This document shows positions 11,605-23,804 of a stretch of 64,000 nucleotides of DNA, piece by piece. The position numbers and the translations under genes are program-made. Under the pieces are notes generated by a model. It worked only from the letters and a program-made list of their open reading frames with translations, did no database searches and was not told the DNA's origin. The stretch is from Paecilomyces variotii. Lineage: Eukaryota. The number at the start of each line of letters is the position of its first letter. The stretch's first letter is position 1. The stretch lies in assembly GCA_004022145.1 (NCBI GenBank), contig RCNU01000005.1; one strand, 5' to 3'.

Positions 11605-14600
11605 TCATGAAACAATTTGCGGTCCAAAGGGACCTTCGACGGAGCGAGGCGATTGAGATACCAGACCGCCCATGGTGCTTTCTAGGTCATCTCCGAAAGT
11701 GCCGTTTTCGTAGTTATTCGGCTCCGCGTCGTGGTCATAGCTTGATCTCCGCAGTAGCGGCGGAGTGGTTGGCGGTTCTAAGCGCGAAGGACTCTCGCTA
11801 TGACGGGCCGAAGCAGATCGCAGGGTCTTGTTGCTATTATAAGACCTCAGTGGGCGGCTCTCCGAGTACGAGCGTCGTGCCCCTTGCATCATCGACGGAG
11901 CGCTTCCGTTAATAGGGGACTGTCGCACGTTCGAGCTTGGTGGAGTCAGGAGACCCGACAGGAAGCCGCCTGCGGTGCTCGATTTCGAAGGTGTCTGCTC
12001 TGACAAATTGGCATCTCTCGCCTTGCGCCAGCTTCCCCAGGCCGCGGCAGCGGCAAGGGGAAGGGCACGAGGGGATGCAGCCAGGTTGGAGATGGATGAC
12101 AGAGACGGGAATGTCTGTCCGCCAGCCATGGCTCGTTCCTTCTCCTGCTGCTCCATCTGGAGGTTGGCCTTCAGACGGATCGCAGCGTCACGGACGGCGT
12201 TCTGATCAAAGGATGGCTGGGACAGGGTGTTGATAATATCTTGCAGATCATCAATACGTACGCCCAGAAGCTCTCGGAGCCAGTTGATCTCGGTGTCCTT
12301 TTCTTTGATCTTGTTGGGGGCCTCCTTGTCGACAGTCGACAGTTCCTGCTCGAGGTCTTCGATTCGGCCTTCACGCTGCTGCAATTGATCCTGGAGTACC
12401 AGGATAGACTCTCGAAGGGCCTGTGGTGAGATCTTCTCTGGTACAGAGTCGCGTCTGAAAGACATGGACGGAGAAGTCGGCTGGGGAGGAGAGCTGATCG
12501 GAGCTCCCTTGGCCTGAGCTGCTTGGGCTGCTGCGCGGGCCGCAGACTTGGCAATCTCCAGCTTCTCCTCAAGATGGGCAACGCGGTCTTTATAATGCTC
12601 GACCTTTTCGTCCGAGAGAGAAAGCTTCTCCAACATGTGCTCCTCATTTCGCTGCTTATCTTCGGAAGCGTTGTGCAGAGCGCGAGCATGACGTTCTCGG
12701 AGATCATTGAGGACTCGTTCATGCAGCTTGCGCTGCTCTTCAAGAGCAGTCTCCTTAGACTCAAGAGCAGCCGCCAATGCAGCTTCCCTCGCGTCTTTCG
12801 CTTCTTCCAGCAGCAGCTCATAGCGCTCCTTGGTAGTGTCGGCGTCCATTCTAACGTTCTCCAGCTCATTCTGCACACGGGAAATCTGCGCCTCAAGTTC
12901 TGCGCGCACATAGTTCACTTGGTTGTTCGCGGCTTCGATGTCAGCCTCCATAGAGGTCCTGGTGCGCTGAACCTCAGCACGGCTACTCTCGCGGGCTTCA
13001 TTGAATTCCCGCTCGAAGCGCACAGCTTTGCTTTGGAGTTCGTTGTTCTCCAGTCTTAGAGCGGAAATGAGCTCCTCCAACCTAGCATTCTCATGCTGGG
13101 ACTGGGCGAAGATGAATTTTAGCTTCGCAGCTTCCCTCTCTTGCTGTTCCAGCTCGCTGATGTCAATCTCTAGCTTCTCCCGGAGCTTGACTTCTCTGTC
13201 ATAGGAAGCGCGGAGAGCGTTGTATTTAGCGATGTGATCCTCTTCTCTCTTGCGCCAAGCAGCCTGTTCACGGACAATGTCGCGTGTTGCAGTAGTCATA
13301 TCATCTTGTAGACGGTCGAACTTGGTTCGAAGGCTCTGCCTGGCACGCAAGCTATCTTCGATGCGAGACTTCAGATGGTTGATAGTAGCACGGAGATCCT
13401 TGTTCTCTGCCTTGACTTCTTCGATCTGGTGTCTCCACTGGTCGCTTGACAGCCTGTACTCATCAAGAGTGCCCTCGAGAGCGATATTCTTCGCCGACAG
13501 CTCAGAGAGAGTAAGCTGGAGAGATTCCTGCTGCTCTTGCAGAGCATCGGACCGCTTCTGGATCCACTCGAAATGCGGGATCCTCTCTTCCTTGAACACA
13601 CGTAGACTCTCCTCAGCAGCAAGCGCTGAGTCACGATGACGGGCTGCGTCTTCTTCCGCGAACTTGAGCAACCTTTGGACCTCTGCGAGAGAGTCCTGGG
13701 ATTCTCTATAGGCCTTGTGTTGTTGATCGGCTCGTTCGTCGGCGATTCTGAGCATGCTCTTAAGTCCGTCAACTTGAAGTTTCAAGCTCTCTGCATCGTA
13801 CTCATCAGCATCAGACCTCCGAGCGTCTCTGATGCTAAGCTGCTCCGCAATGACTGCCTGAACTGTTTCTCTTAGGTTTTCGGTCTCCGCTGCAGGTTGT
13901 CTTGAAGCCGCAATGCTCTTGAGTTCGGCAATGCTCTCCTGCAGGAAGGAGAAATCCACAGCAGGAGCTGCGGGTTCAGGACGGGAGGACTGGTGCGCAA
14001 CGAGAGCATCCAAAACGGCGTTCTTGAGCTTTTCCATTTTCCGATCCCTGATATCCAGAGGAGATCTTGATCTCGTTTCGGCCTCTTCATCGTCCTCATC
14101 ATCTGCATCACTGTGTTCGATCTCGGCAGACGTACTGCGCAGTGGCCTTCTACTACCAGATCGAGAAGCAAGCGACGCCACCGATTGCTGGATGACACTC
14201 AATGTCTGCTCCAGCGGGCCCAGGCGTTCGTCCAAAGCGGTTCCAACAATATCGTCAACGCGAGAATCGAAGAACCTGCTCCTGTTGGCCAACTTCTCGT
14301 CTTCGCCCGAAGAGAGGACATCATTCCAATCGCTGAGCTCTTCATTGACACTGAGCGCTTGGCGCACTGAAGAATTGGCATGAGATGCGAAACCGCTGGC
14401 AGAGAGAGCGGCGGGCGATTTGACACCGACGTCTGAGCCCCGTTTGGGAATGTCGCGTATCTGCCGAGGTGCCTTCGGGCTTGGGCTTGGAGCTTCGCTT
14501 CGGATGATGTTGACTGGAGGCAGTGAGGGCTCCGTCGTCGGCTCCACAGGAGATGGAATAGTCTCCAACGGGGGACGAGGGGTGATCTGTCTCTCGATAC

Positions 14601-17600
14601 CAACATCAGAGTCATCACCGTTCAGTTGTTCCATAACCGCATTGAGCTCTTCCTCATCAGGAGAGTCATGTGCCTCGCCAGGCTCGGCCGTCTGGTCTGC
14701 CGGTTTAGGAGATTCCTTGGACACTGGCTCAGCCGTGACCGTCGTTGTCGGTTTGGGAGTTTCAGGCTCCTTGGCTCCAACCTCGGGCGATGCTGGAGGG
14801 CTTATCACGGCATAGCGGGAGGCCATGAGGCCGGCAGCCTTCTTCGGTGCAGGCTCCGCATCGGATTTTGGAAGTACAAACTTTGAGGGTATGAACTCAG
14901 CAATAGAAGGTCTGAATTCAAATGGCTTAGACCTCAACGGGCGCTTTGCATTGTTGTAAGAAGACTCCTGGCGAGGTGGAGGAATTTCTTCCTTTGGAGC
15001 AACAGACTCGCCATTCTCTGCAGCAGGAAATTGGCTGGCTTCCCGTTCAACAACACCATTGGACTCCTGTTTTTCGACCCCGACTTTACCAGGGGCATCT
15101 GGTCCAGCAGCATTGAATGCGGCGGCATCGGCTTCATTCTTGAATTCAAAAGGTGTCCAGGTCTCTGCCTCACTGACGGGGGTCTCCTTCGATTCCACAG
15201 GCTTCTCCTCAGACGGTACGATGTCGATCTTGGTGTCAAGGGTGACTTTTTCCTCTGCACCAGGAATGGCATTTTCCTTACCCTCCGCTGGAGCATGCGA
15301 TGTACTGGGCACTTGAGGAGACTGTCTTTGGGCAGCTTCCGACAGAGGGGCAGCAAGTTCAACTTCCTTGTCACCGTCGTCGTCGGTACGGCGAGCACGC
15401 TTCTGGCGACCAGTTTCTTCCCGAGCCTTCTCCTTATCATTTTCGTTCTCGTTCTCCTTAGTGTCACTTCCGTGTTCGTCTGGACGCACAATAGGAATAG
15501 CTTTCGATTTCTTGGCAGGCTTCGAAATCTGGGTGAAATCAATGTCGCCAAATATCTTGCTCTTGCCGCCTGCTGGTGGTTCCGAACTAGAGACTATGGG
15601 GTTAACAGCGTTTCCAGGGTTGAAAACAGGTGCATCAACATTGAAGGCCGCTGGCGAAAACTGGAACCCAGAGAAAGAGTTCTGTCCAGAGAAGGAGTTC
15701 TGCCCAGTGAACGGTGAGAATGGAGAAGCCTCGACATTGAAGGAGCCTGCAGAACTGGCAGGCTTGAAGATAGAATTTGGAGAGAAGATTCCTGCGCTGT
15801 CGAATCCTGAAGGCTGGAAGCTGTTGCCCTGGAACTGGAAGTTGCTAGACGAGAACGAACCCGAGGGATCAAATTCTTTAGCTTCGACGTTGAAATTTGA
15901 CAGCGAAGTCCTTGGCTTGTGACCGGGAGCAAATGAACTGTTGCTCTGTCTGGACTTATGCCAGGAAGGCTGGTTTGCGGAGTGGCTCTGGACACGGGGT
16001 GTACCAGAGACGCTGGGATTCGTGTCAATATCCGAGGCGTCACGGCCAGTTTCTTCCTGGTAGTGTTCGCCAAAGAGATGATGTTGCTGAGAAAGCGATC
16101 CCTGCCTCGGGAACTGCGAGGACTGAGGAATCTTGTCCGGCAAAGCCCATCGAGAGTTCAACAGATCGTTTGCGCCGAACTGGTGCTGTTGGTTAGACTC
16201 CCTGTCATCCTCCTCCAACTGTCTCTGGATCGATTCCTCCAAGTGATAATCAGCCTGCGCATAGCGATCCAGTCCCTTCTGCAAAGTCTCGCTTACATTG
16301 TGGCCATGGCCACGAGGGGTGGGATGGGCGATCTCGACATGCGACTGGAAGGACTCCGGTTCATTCTTCTCTGAAGGCGTCTGGAGTTGTCGTGGAGGTT
16401 GACTGTGTAGGTCACCGTGTCCATCCTGTCTGAATTCATTGTGAGGCGAAACGATGTCATGCAGACCAGGGTGGAATGCGTTCGAGTCGTCCGTGTTCAG
16501 AGGTGAAACAGGCGATAAGATAGAGTTCAAGTTTGGCAGGTTGCTAGGAACAGTCGGTGAGACACCCGTTTGACGTGCGTTCAAGAAGCTTTGAGGGGTG
16601 AAAGTCCCTTGAATTGGTGGAGTAAACTGGAACGGGAAGCCTGACGGGAGATTCTGGTCGCCTCCATAAAATGCTGGAGAGGCGATCGAACCAAGGTTTG
16701 CAGACTGATTGAAATGCGGGGAGAAAGGATGGCCAGCAAAGAACTGGTTGCTGTTCGCCGAACCGGTCGGGACAGGTGGAGATGAGATCAGGCCCGGTAA
16801 TTGACCAGGGAGATGGCTCATGGAGCCAGAGGCTGGAGAGATTGTCTGCTGCGGCTCGTCGTCGCCCAGTGATACACCCAGAGCTCTCAGCTTCTCCTCT
16901 TTGAGGAAGTTCACGTATTCATCCCACACCGACTGGTCCGGGAAGCTGACATGGAAGTTGTGGGCATCCCATTCTTTCTTCATGTCAGCGGGATCGGGGT
17001 GAAGCGGCCGACTTAGAGCACCTTCTTCTGATGGCGCAAAAGATTCTTCCGGCATGCAGATACTGAAGCCGCGTGTATCGTACCCTTCATCCTGGAATTT
17101 CTTCAGACGTGCCTCGACATCGGCACGAGTCAGGAGACGGTACCCTGATTCTTCAGAACCTCTCTTGTCCTCCAACGGAACCGCAATGATACACGCTTTC
17201 CCACGCCAAACGACTCGCTTCTTTGGTCTCGCCGTCGAAGAGGCTTTGGCCGCCTTGACCGGACTGACGTCTCCAGAAGAAATCTTAGGCGTTGATGACT
17301 CTCCTAGGGGAGTCTCTGCTGGAGGCGGTGGTGGCAGAGGCTTCTCGACCGGCGAGAGCGGCTTTGCCGCATTTTCCTCGACGGAGAGCTGTCTGTCCTG
17401 GTGGTCAGACATTTTAGACGGTACCGGATCCTTGTCGTATGCAAAGCCCCAGAAATCCTCTTGCTTCAACGTATCCGTGCTCTTGCGAGAGATGTGCTTG
17501 GCTCTAGGCGGAAGAAGGCCTGTTTCTGCGTTATTAACCCGCGCTCTACGAGCAACGTAATCAGCTACCGTGGGCGTCTTCAGAGGGTCTTCCTCGCGAG

Positions 17601-18234
17601 AATCGTCGTCCAGACCAAGCCAACCGTCTTCGTCCACAAATTGATTCTGTGCAGTGAAGAACGACGGCGTCTCACTACCCGAATCGTCACTTAACCAATT
17701 GGTCCGTTCAGTCCTCGGCTGGCCCGAGAGGTACTGATTGATCCAATCTTCCGTAAAATCCCTGATAGATTTCCCTCCTTGTCTACCTGGTATATCTCGC
17801 GCAGTAGCACGCCCCACTGAAGGATACACTCGCCTGGCGATGGGGCTCGAGGCCGACGGGTGTCTCAAATCCGGAGTATCCGCGCTTGATACCTGGTGCA
17901 AGCCGCTTCGCGTAGACACTGGGGACGTGTCTCCCGAGTGGTGACCTGGTTCGGCGACTTGACTCTGTGTCCAAGAGGGTCTGCGCGGACTGGGAGTCGC
18001 GTACGGCGATCCCCACGCAGTCGTGTAGTAGGTACTACTTTCCGCCCGTCTATACTCGGGGGAAGACGACAGCGAGTCCCACGCCGTACCTCGAAACTTG
18101 GGCAGTGCCGGAAGCGCTTGGGGAATCGGAGTCGAGCTCAGCTGTCGACGCTGACGACTAGGCGAACCGGAACCCCGGACGCTCCAGTTGGCAGGGGAAG
18201 TGGCGCGTGAGAGCGACACCAATGGCGCAGCCAA
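11605..18234 (-). CDS. Large (~2200 aa) fungal coiled-coil protein of the type often annotated 'myosin class II heavy chain-like'; no motor domain visible; true 5' end probably further upstream
   Basis: Single 6.6-kb ORF with S/P-rich disordered N-half, FNVEAKEF/FNVDAPVF motifs and a long C-terminal heptad region. The ORF opens on TTG; a CTGAC...TTTCAG acceptor near 18316 and a GTATGT donor near 18482 suggest an upstream exon. Confidence 0.8.
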   Translation of the reverse strand: MAAPLVSLSRATSPANWSVRGSGSPSRQRRQLSSTPIPQALPALPKFRGTAWDSLSSSPEYRRAESSTYYTTAWGSPYATPSPRRPSWTQSQVAEPGHHSGDTSPVSTRSGLHQVSSADTPDLRHPSASSPIARRVYPSVGRATARDIPGRQGGKSIRDFTEDWINQYLSGQPRTERTNWLSDDSGSETPSFFTAQNQFVDEDGWLGLDDDSREEDPLKTPTVADYVARRARVNNAETGLLPPRAKHISRKSTDTLKQEDFWGFAYDKDPVPSKMSDHQDRQLSVEENAAKPLSPVEKPLPPPPPAETPLGESSTPKISSGDVSPVKAAKASSTARPKKRVVWRGKACIIAVPLEDKRGSEESGYRLLTRADVEARLKKFQDEGYDTRGFSICMPEESFAPSEEGALSRPLHPDPADMKKEWDAHNFHVSFPDQSVWDEYVNFLKEEKLRALGVSLGDDEPQQTISPASGSMSHLPGQLPGLISSPPVPTGSANSNQFFAGHPFSPHFNQSANLGSIASPAFYGGDQNLPSGFPFQFTPPIQGTFTPQSFLNARQTGVSPTVPSNLPNLNSILSPVSPLNTDDSNAFHPGLHDIVSPHNEFRQDGHGDLHSQPPRQLQTPSEKNEPESFQSHVEIAHPTPRGHGHNVSETLQKGLDRYAQADYHLEESIQRQLEEDDRESNQQHQFGANDLLNSRWALPDKIPQSSQFPRQGSLSQQHHLFGEHYQEETGRDASDIDTNPSVSGTPRVQSHSANQPSWHKSRQSNSSFAPGHKPRTSLSNFNVEAKEFDPSGSFSSSNFQFQGNSFQPSGFDSAGIFSPNSIFKPASSAGSFNVEASPFSPFTGQNSFSGQNSFSGFQFSPAAFNVDAPVFNPGNAVNPIVSSSEPPAGGKSKIFGDIDFTQISKPAKKSKAIPIVRPDEHGSDTKENENENDKEKAREETGRQKRARRTDDDGDKEVELAAPLSEAAQRQSPQVPSTSHAPAEGKENAIPGAEEKVTLDTKIDIVPSEEKPVESKETPVSEAETWTPFEFKNEADAAAFNAAGPDAPGKVGVEKQESNGVVEREASQFPAAENGESVAPKEEIPPPRQESSYNNAKRPLRSKPFEFRPSIAEFIPSKFVLPKSDAEPAPKKAAGLMASRYAVISPPASPEVGAKEPETPKPTTTVTAEPVSKESPKPADQTAEPGEAHDSPDEEELNAVMEQLNGDDSDVGIERQITPRPPLETIPSPVEPTTEPSLPPVNIIRSEAPSPSPKAPRQIRDIPKRGSDVGVKSPAALSASGFASHANSSVRQALSVNEELSDWNDVLSSGEDEKLANRSRFFDSRVDDIVGTALDERLGPLEQTLSVIQQSVASLASRSGSRRPLRSTSAEIEHSDADDEDDEEAETRSRSPLDIRDRKMEKLKNAVLDALVAHQSSRPEPAAPAVDFSFLQESIAELKSIAASRQPAAETENLRETVQAVIAEQLSIRDARRSDADEYDAESLKLQVDGLKSMLRIADERADQQHKAYRESQDSLAEVQRLLKFAEEDAARHRDSALAAEESLRVFKEERIPHFEWIQKRSDALQEQQESLQLTLSELSAKNIALEGTLDEYRLSSDQWRHQIEEVKAENKDLRATINHLKSRIEDSLRARQSLRTKFDRLQDDMTTATRDIVREQAAWRKREEDHIAKYNALRASYDREVKLREKLEIDISELEQQEREAAKLKFIFAQSQHENARLEELISALRLENNELQSKAVRFEREFNEARESSRAEVQRTRTSMEADIEAANNQVNYVRAELEAQISRVQNELENVRMDADTTKERYELLLEEAKDAREAALAAALESKETALEEQRKLHERVLNDLRERHARALHNASEDKQRNEEHMLEKLSLSDEKVEHYKDRVAHLEEKLEIAKSAARAAAQAAQAKGAPISSPPQPTSPSMSFRRDSVPEKISPQALRESILVLQDQLQQREGRIEDLEQELSTVDKEAPNKIKEKDTEINWLRELLGVRIDDLQDIINTLSQPSFDQNAVRDAAIRLKANLQMEQQEKERAMAGGQTFPSLSSISNLAASPRALPLAAAAAWGSWRKARDANLSEQTPSKSSTAGGFLSGLLTPPSSNVRQSPINGSAPSMMQGARRSYSESRPLRSYNSNKTLRSASARHSESPSRLEPPTTPPLLRRSSYDHDAEPNNYENGTFGDDLESTMGGLVSQSPRSVEGPFGPQIVS

Positions 18235-18852
18235 GTATGCTTCGTCACGAATATTACGCTCTAGAGGTCGAGAAGGCGAAGACGCCGGGATGGCGGAGAC
18301 GGAAGGAGTTGGACCTGAAATCCGCGCGCATTGATGTCAGTTTCCATTCAATCACCCTTTTCTTCTCTGTTTCCCCGGTCTCATCTTCCATCGAGACGCG
18401 CCAGGCACGAGAGAAACCGGCGTTATCGATACAAGAAAAGGAGAAGCCGTCAACCGCGGTCTAGAGTAGTATATCAACATACCTTCCGTGTCGTCTGCTG
18501 CAGCAAGCACCTGCTTGCCGCGCCCCTTATCGCCCGGAATATTGGAGCATGGAAATCAAGCCGGGGCGAAATTCAAAGAAACCTTGCAGAAACACCTAAG
18601 ATCGCAGCGATCTTAGGGCGACAGAAAACCGATGCTGACTACTGCCGTGACTGTAGCGATCCGCGCCGGAATCAAGCAAGGAGACCGGGAAGGGGGAGTT
18701 GGTCTTTCCGTGCGGATTTGCAGGGAGATTATTTCGACAACTAGATCACAGGAACAACCTTGAGTATGCGAGAGCTTGGACCATGGCGCACACACAATGG
18801 AGAGCTGGATCCAGATGCGAAGACCAGGATGGGGAAGACGGGGGGAGGAAGA

Positions 18853-18875
18853 CAGAGCGAGAGAGAGAGAGAGAG
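18853..18875 (+). repeat. (GA)n microsatellite
   Basis: cagagcgagagagagagagagag. Confidence 0.7.
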
Positions 18876-20423
18876 CGCGAGGAATGGGAAGGACGAAGAG
18901 CAGAACGAAAGATGTTTTTGGCACGTCACGACCCGAAAAGACGATCAGGGAGCGATGAGCGCTAGTTGGCGTTGTGGAAAAGCGAGAGCGAAAGAGGCCC
19001 GTGATGGCCAGCAGGTCAGTTTAGTAGTTGGTTAGTTAGTTGGTCAGTCAAGTTAATTAACTAACTAGTTAGCTGGTTAAGCCGGTCGACCCCGGGCTTT
19101 CTGTGCTCCGTCGGTGTGCGATCGACGCGTCTGTTGCCCACGCGCTGGGTGAGTTATTACTACTAAGTTCTAACTTGGTCTACGGTTGCTAGTCGAGGTT
19201 TCTACGGTGTAGACTGTAGAGATGTTTATGCTGGTGGACGTTGAGAGCCCGATAGATGAGCAGTCAGTCTGTTGGAGATAGATGGATGGATGGCTGCTGG
19301 AGTACAGCAACTACTCTATGTTCCTCTACCATACTCAAGGTCAATGTTATTTATTGTATTTTCAGGGGTAAAGCGAACTATGAAGGCTGGAACCATGGTT
19401 CTCAAGCCTCGTTTCTAAGGTCTGTTGATTAATTAATCTACCTAATTACCCGCTTCCCGCTGGGTTCGCTCCGCGCCGTGTTGGTTCCAGCGAAAATAGA
19501 AAAACAAGCCATTCTTCGTGTTTCTTCCTTCAATAATAATAATCTCACGACATGCATCTTTCGTCCTCTCCGGCTAGAGCAAGAAAAAAGAAAAATACGA
19601 AAGAAACGAAAGAAGGAAAAGCAGGGCCAAATTCCTTCTTTCTCTCCAATGCGGTGGCGGAATCAGCCGTCAGTCAGGCCCAACATACGTGGCATCAGTT
19701 TGTCGCCTCGTGTCTCTTGCTATGATTCGAGTCAAGATGATCCAGTGTCAATTCAATCATCTGAAAAACCGTAGCTAACTACCTAGGTAGTTATAACCTA
19801 CCATCAGATAATAATCAGATAAGTTAGCAGATGCCAGAAACAAACAAAAACTCTCGTCCAAGCTGCATCAGACCCACTGTCGTAGTTAATCAATAAAACA
19901 TGAAACCTCCACAAACCGACAAGGGATCTGCCTTGTTCGCGACTATTGAAATCCGGGGCTGAACTCACTAGAACGGTCAAATTAAACTTTCCTCTGTAGT
20001 TCATGTATTACTCACTACTGTCTCATCACCTCTTCACCTCATCACTCAGTGACGCTTGTCATCAATCGACTCGCGCAGCTGGATATCTTGAGCTTAGATC
20101 TGAGCTCAGATCCAATACCGACAATTTGGAGATTACATGACGTGTTTTGTTCGACGGAGGATTCATCATGCACTCTGACTATCTGACGAGATTGCGAGGC
20201 TAGAGCCACTGGAGCTCACCATGTGCGGGATACCAGAAAATCGTCAAGCGCTACTAACCGACATGCACGCTAGAGGCATATGCAGAAGGATCCCCGCAGG
20301 AGACATGGTGTGTTCTATAGATATATTCATGTATATGTCGCAGATCTATTCTACCATCTGCTACTGATGAAACTAATGAAGCTGACAATATACAAAAGTC
20401 GATCCAACAGTGCCAGCTCACCG

Positions 20424-21521
20424 CTAGCACGTGGTGTTGAACTTGGTCTGGCGCTCAGCCGTGAACATACCCCAGTGGGTCTCGTCAGCAGAGGAACCGT
20501 CGTCACCAACGCTCTTGGGCTTCCAGGGCTCGTCGTAGGCCTCGAAGTAGAAGACGTCCACTCCCCAGGCAAGCATGCCGCAGACGCCCTTCTGGAAGAA
20601 AGTCTCCGCGTTTTCGGTACCGGCGATAGCCTGGCCATAGTTCGAGCCGCCCGCTAAACAAGCTGTCAGTCTCATGTTTCCCATCGGAATGCTCTTTCCG
20701 GGGGGGGGGATTCTTACTAGTCGGCCAGCCAGTCTCACCAGTAATGATCTGGATCTTGTTGGCGTTTTCACCGGCAAGCTTCTGGATGTGGTTGATGGTC
20801 TGAGCCATGTCGTCGAAGTAAGTCTTGTGCGCATCCTCAGCGGGCTGACCCTGCCAGTAGGCGAAGGCGTTGGTGAGGCTGTACCCATGCATTAGCAGAA
20901 CCCCTCGAAACAGCATCTCCAATGGCGCTCACATGTACTCAACACCTCCGGTAATCAGAGGATCAGCAGTGCCGTCGACGAACTTGTTCCAGCTGTCGGC
21001 AGTTCCAATCTTGACTGTCGGGAACATGGCCTTGACCTTGTTGATTCTGTCGAGAAGCTGCTGGCCAGTGAAGGTGCCACGGTAGAGCGTCTCAGAACCG
21101 ACAGTGATGGCCTCCACGACATCTTCGTTTCCAGGGACGGTAGCCTGTAGGGCATCGGTATCTTGCTTGAACGACTGATCGTAGTCCGGCCTTTTCAGAT
21201 CCGGTCAGTTATATTCCTCGACGGCCATAGCCACCGACAAGTACAGGGGCCTATCACTCACCAGACACCTAGAACAACCTTGAAACCCTTGGCCTTGGCG
21301 GCGGGAATAATGTTCTTCGCCGTGTTGCAGTCACTGGCAGAGTATGTGCGGACCAGCTTGGTCACGGACTTCAGCTGGTCAAAGTCGGCCTCATAGTCGC
21401 TGGTCTGCTTGCACGATCCGTCGGGGTTCTTGTCTCCTAGAGCGAGACCGAGAGTACCGGCAGCCGAAACGGCCACTGGCGCTGCCGCGAGGGCAATGGG
21501 AAGGATGTTGGAAATGCGCAT
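20424..21521 (-). CDS. bgl2: GH17 cell-wall beta-1,3-glucanosyltransferase/glucanase (Bgl2/Bgt1-like), multi-exon
   Basis: Signal peptide; GDKNPDGSCKQTSDYEADF, VRTYSASDCN, ITVGSETLYR, GTADSWN, NAFAYWQG, GETGWPT, FEAYDEPWK and ETHWG spread over exons separated by GT-AG introns. Confidence 0.9.
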
Positions 21522-22511
21522 CTTGAATTATGACGACAGTACTCTCAGGAACGAAGCTAACTAGCGAAGAGATCCGGAAGGTGAGGAAGAAAAAGAAAGG
21601 ACGCGCAAATAAGCACCTTGTCGCGAAGAATGGGTAGAGAAAAGAATGGACACTACCCCAGTTTATACGATAGAAAAAAGAGTGACGGGAGATTAAGCAG
21701 TTAGTAGTTGGAAGAACAAACACAGACGTTGTTCTGGAAAAGGGAGAAGGAAAGAGAGGCCGTGATCGAGGCTAGGGTGTGACGATGCCTCGCCTTTCCT
21801 AGGCCAAGAGCGCGCCCAGAACGCCGGTTAATTAGTTACGCGATGGTTGTTTCTTCAGCGAGTGTGGCACTACTGTGGCTGTCAGGAGAAGCGTTACTCT
21901 AGTCTGCTAATTAACTCCCCACGCGGGTCTGCGATAAAACCGCGGGGGATCCCGTTTCCCAGGGGCGGCGCGAAACCTCCCAGGGGTCGTCGATCCATGC
22001 CTCGAGTAGCAACGACGCGGGCTATTCCTGGATTGAGACAACATTCGATCCACGTAACTATTATTATTATTGTTGTTAGCTGGCCATATCGAGTGTTTCT
22101 CTGCCAAGAGAATAAATATGGAAACATTCTATACTTGTTCTTCGCGGGATCGTTCTCAAGGTGCAAGTGATTTCCGTCGTTTTGTGGAGACCCGAAGCCG
22201 TCGCTGCAATGTCCGATGCTGCCGTCTTACTACTGTATGTATACCACTACGGAGTATATAACTACATATAGTACGATGAATAATACATGATGACAGGCGA
22301 AAGAATCAAAGCTTGTAAACATCGGCAAACAGTGATACAAATACATTCACACTATTCGTCACGACGCCTCCCCGTATGCGTCTGTGCAATGACTGTCTTA
22401 CTGCTCTGGAAGACATCGACTTCGTTCCAGAATCCCATCCAACTATATGAACACCCTGACCCGCAAGATCCAATTCAAGACCTCTACTGAGGCCAAGCAC
22501 CATCCCTAGTT

Positions 22512-23804
22512 TCAGGAGTTCTCATAGGAAGCCTTATTCTGGAAGCGCACTTTGGCCTCTTCCGGTGTGATCCTCTTCCCTGTCTTATCGAAGAATCGAG
22601 ATGCGACATGCAGCCACTTCTCCCTCTCGAATCGTGCCTCCAGCTTGTGCAGGAGGAGTATCTCATCCAAACTCAATTTGGTCTCGATGTATGGCCGAAC
22701 CTTGGGTTCGTGCGATTCTCTACGTCGCGACGATGAAGCGGCGCTGTCGGTCTATCATTGCTCTTAGCCTGCTTCGTAGTGATCAAGAAGACATGTCTAA
22801 AGAACAGACATTAAATGAAAGAAACATCTTACCTTTCCTGGGATAATTAGTGGGTCGGAAAATGAAACGCGGCGAGTCTTCTTATCCTGTTGCTTACCGT
22901 TTTCCTCTTTCTTGTCCTCCTTTTTCTCTGCTGTATCTATTCCCTGCCCTGCAAGGACTGCCCTGACACGTTCTTCAACAATAGCTCTAATCTCTGCTTC
23001 GATAGAGGCCTCTTTAGCCGTCACAGCAGCCTTTTTCTCTGCCTCAGCTTTCTCCGCTTGAGCCTTCTTCTCCGCCTCGATAGCAGCCTGGACGCGTGCT
23101 TCAATGACAGCCTTGATATCTGCTTCTCCAGATCCGACCTTTTCCGCTTCAGCTTTCTTCTCTGCCTCCAGAGCTGCCTTGATCCCTGCTTCGAGGGCGG
23201 CTTTAAACTCTACTTCGGCCGATTCTTTCTTCTCCGCTTCCGTGGCAGCAGACCGCTGCTGAGCCCAGCGCTTCTTCAACTCTGCAACCGGCCTATTATC
23301 CATCACTAGTGATATCTCCTTCCATGACTTGTTCAAGCTCTTCATAGCCGCGAGAAGCGTGTCGTGTTCTGCATTCCACGCGGCAGCGATCAATTTGCCT
23401 AGTTCCTAATCAGTCACCGTTGCTTGGAACTTGGGAGGTGGATAATCCAGAGCAACAACCTGACGGACTAGTAGAGCCCTTGTCTGACTTTTGTTTTGGG
23501 GACGATTCCCCATCCTTTTTATCAGCATCATTCTTCCCTGTCGCTGCGTTCTCTGCCGCCTTCTTCTCCGCGGCTTCCTTCTCGGCCTTTTCGCGGGCCC
23601 TTTCGCGCTGCTCGAACAGGTTATCAGCTCTCTTCCAGGGACAGAGTTGCTGCTAACACAACGTAAGTTGAAGAAATAAAATCGTAGATAACGAACCTTC
23701 AGAGCCTGAAAAGCAATTTCTTCTGCGAGGAGGGTTCTGTTGCTTTTGAAGATATCTGAGAAGTGCAGCTTGTATTTGTCTTCGTAACGTCTGGTTGGCG
23801 TCAT
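22512..23804 (-). CDS. Hypothetical protein with Myb-like domains and E/A/K-rich internal repeats, multi-exon
   Basis: WNAEHDTLLAAMKSLNKSWKEISLVMDNRPVAELKKRW; last exon DEILLLHKLEARFEREKWLHVASRFFDKTGKRITPEEAK...ENS* with stop at 22512-22514. Exon boundaries are approximate. Confidence 0.7.

Noticed and set aside
11595-18210. Many + strand and alternate-frame ORFs overlapping the 2209-aa gene
   Set aside because: Shadow ORFs of a long GC-balanced CDS with no independent motifs.
20097-20112. 16-bp perfect palindrome GATCTGAGCTCAGATC
   Set aside because: Short and isolated, with no associated structure; could be chance or a tiny local duplication.
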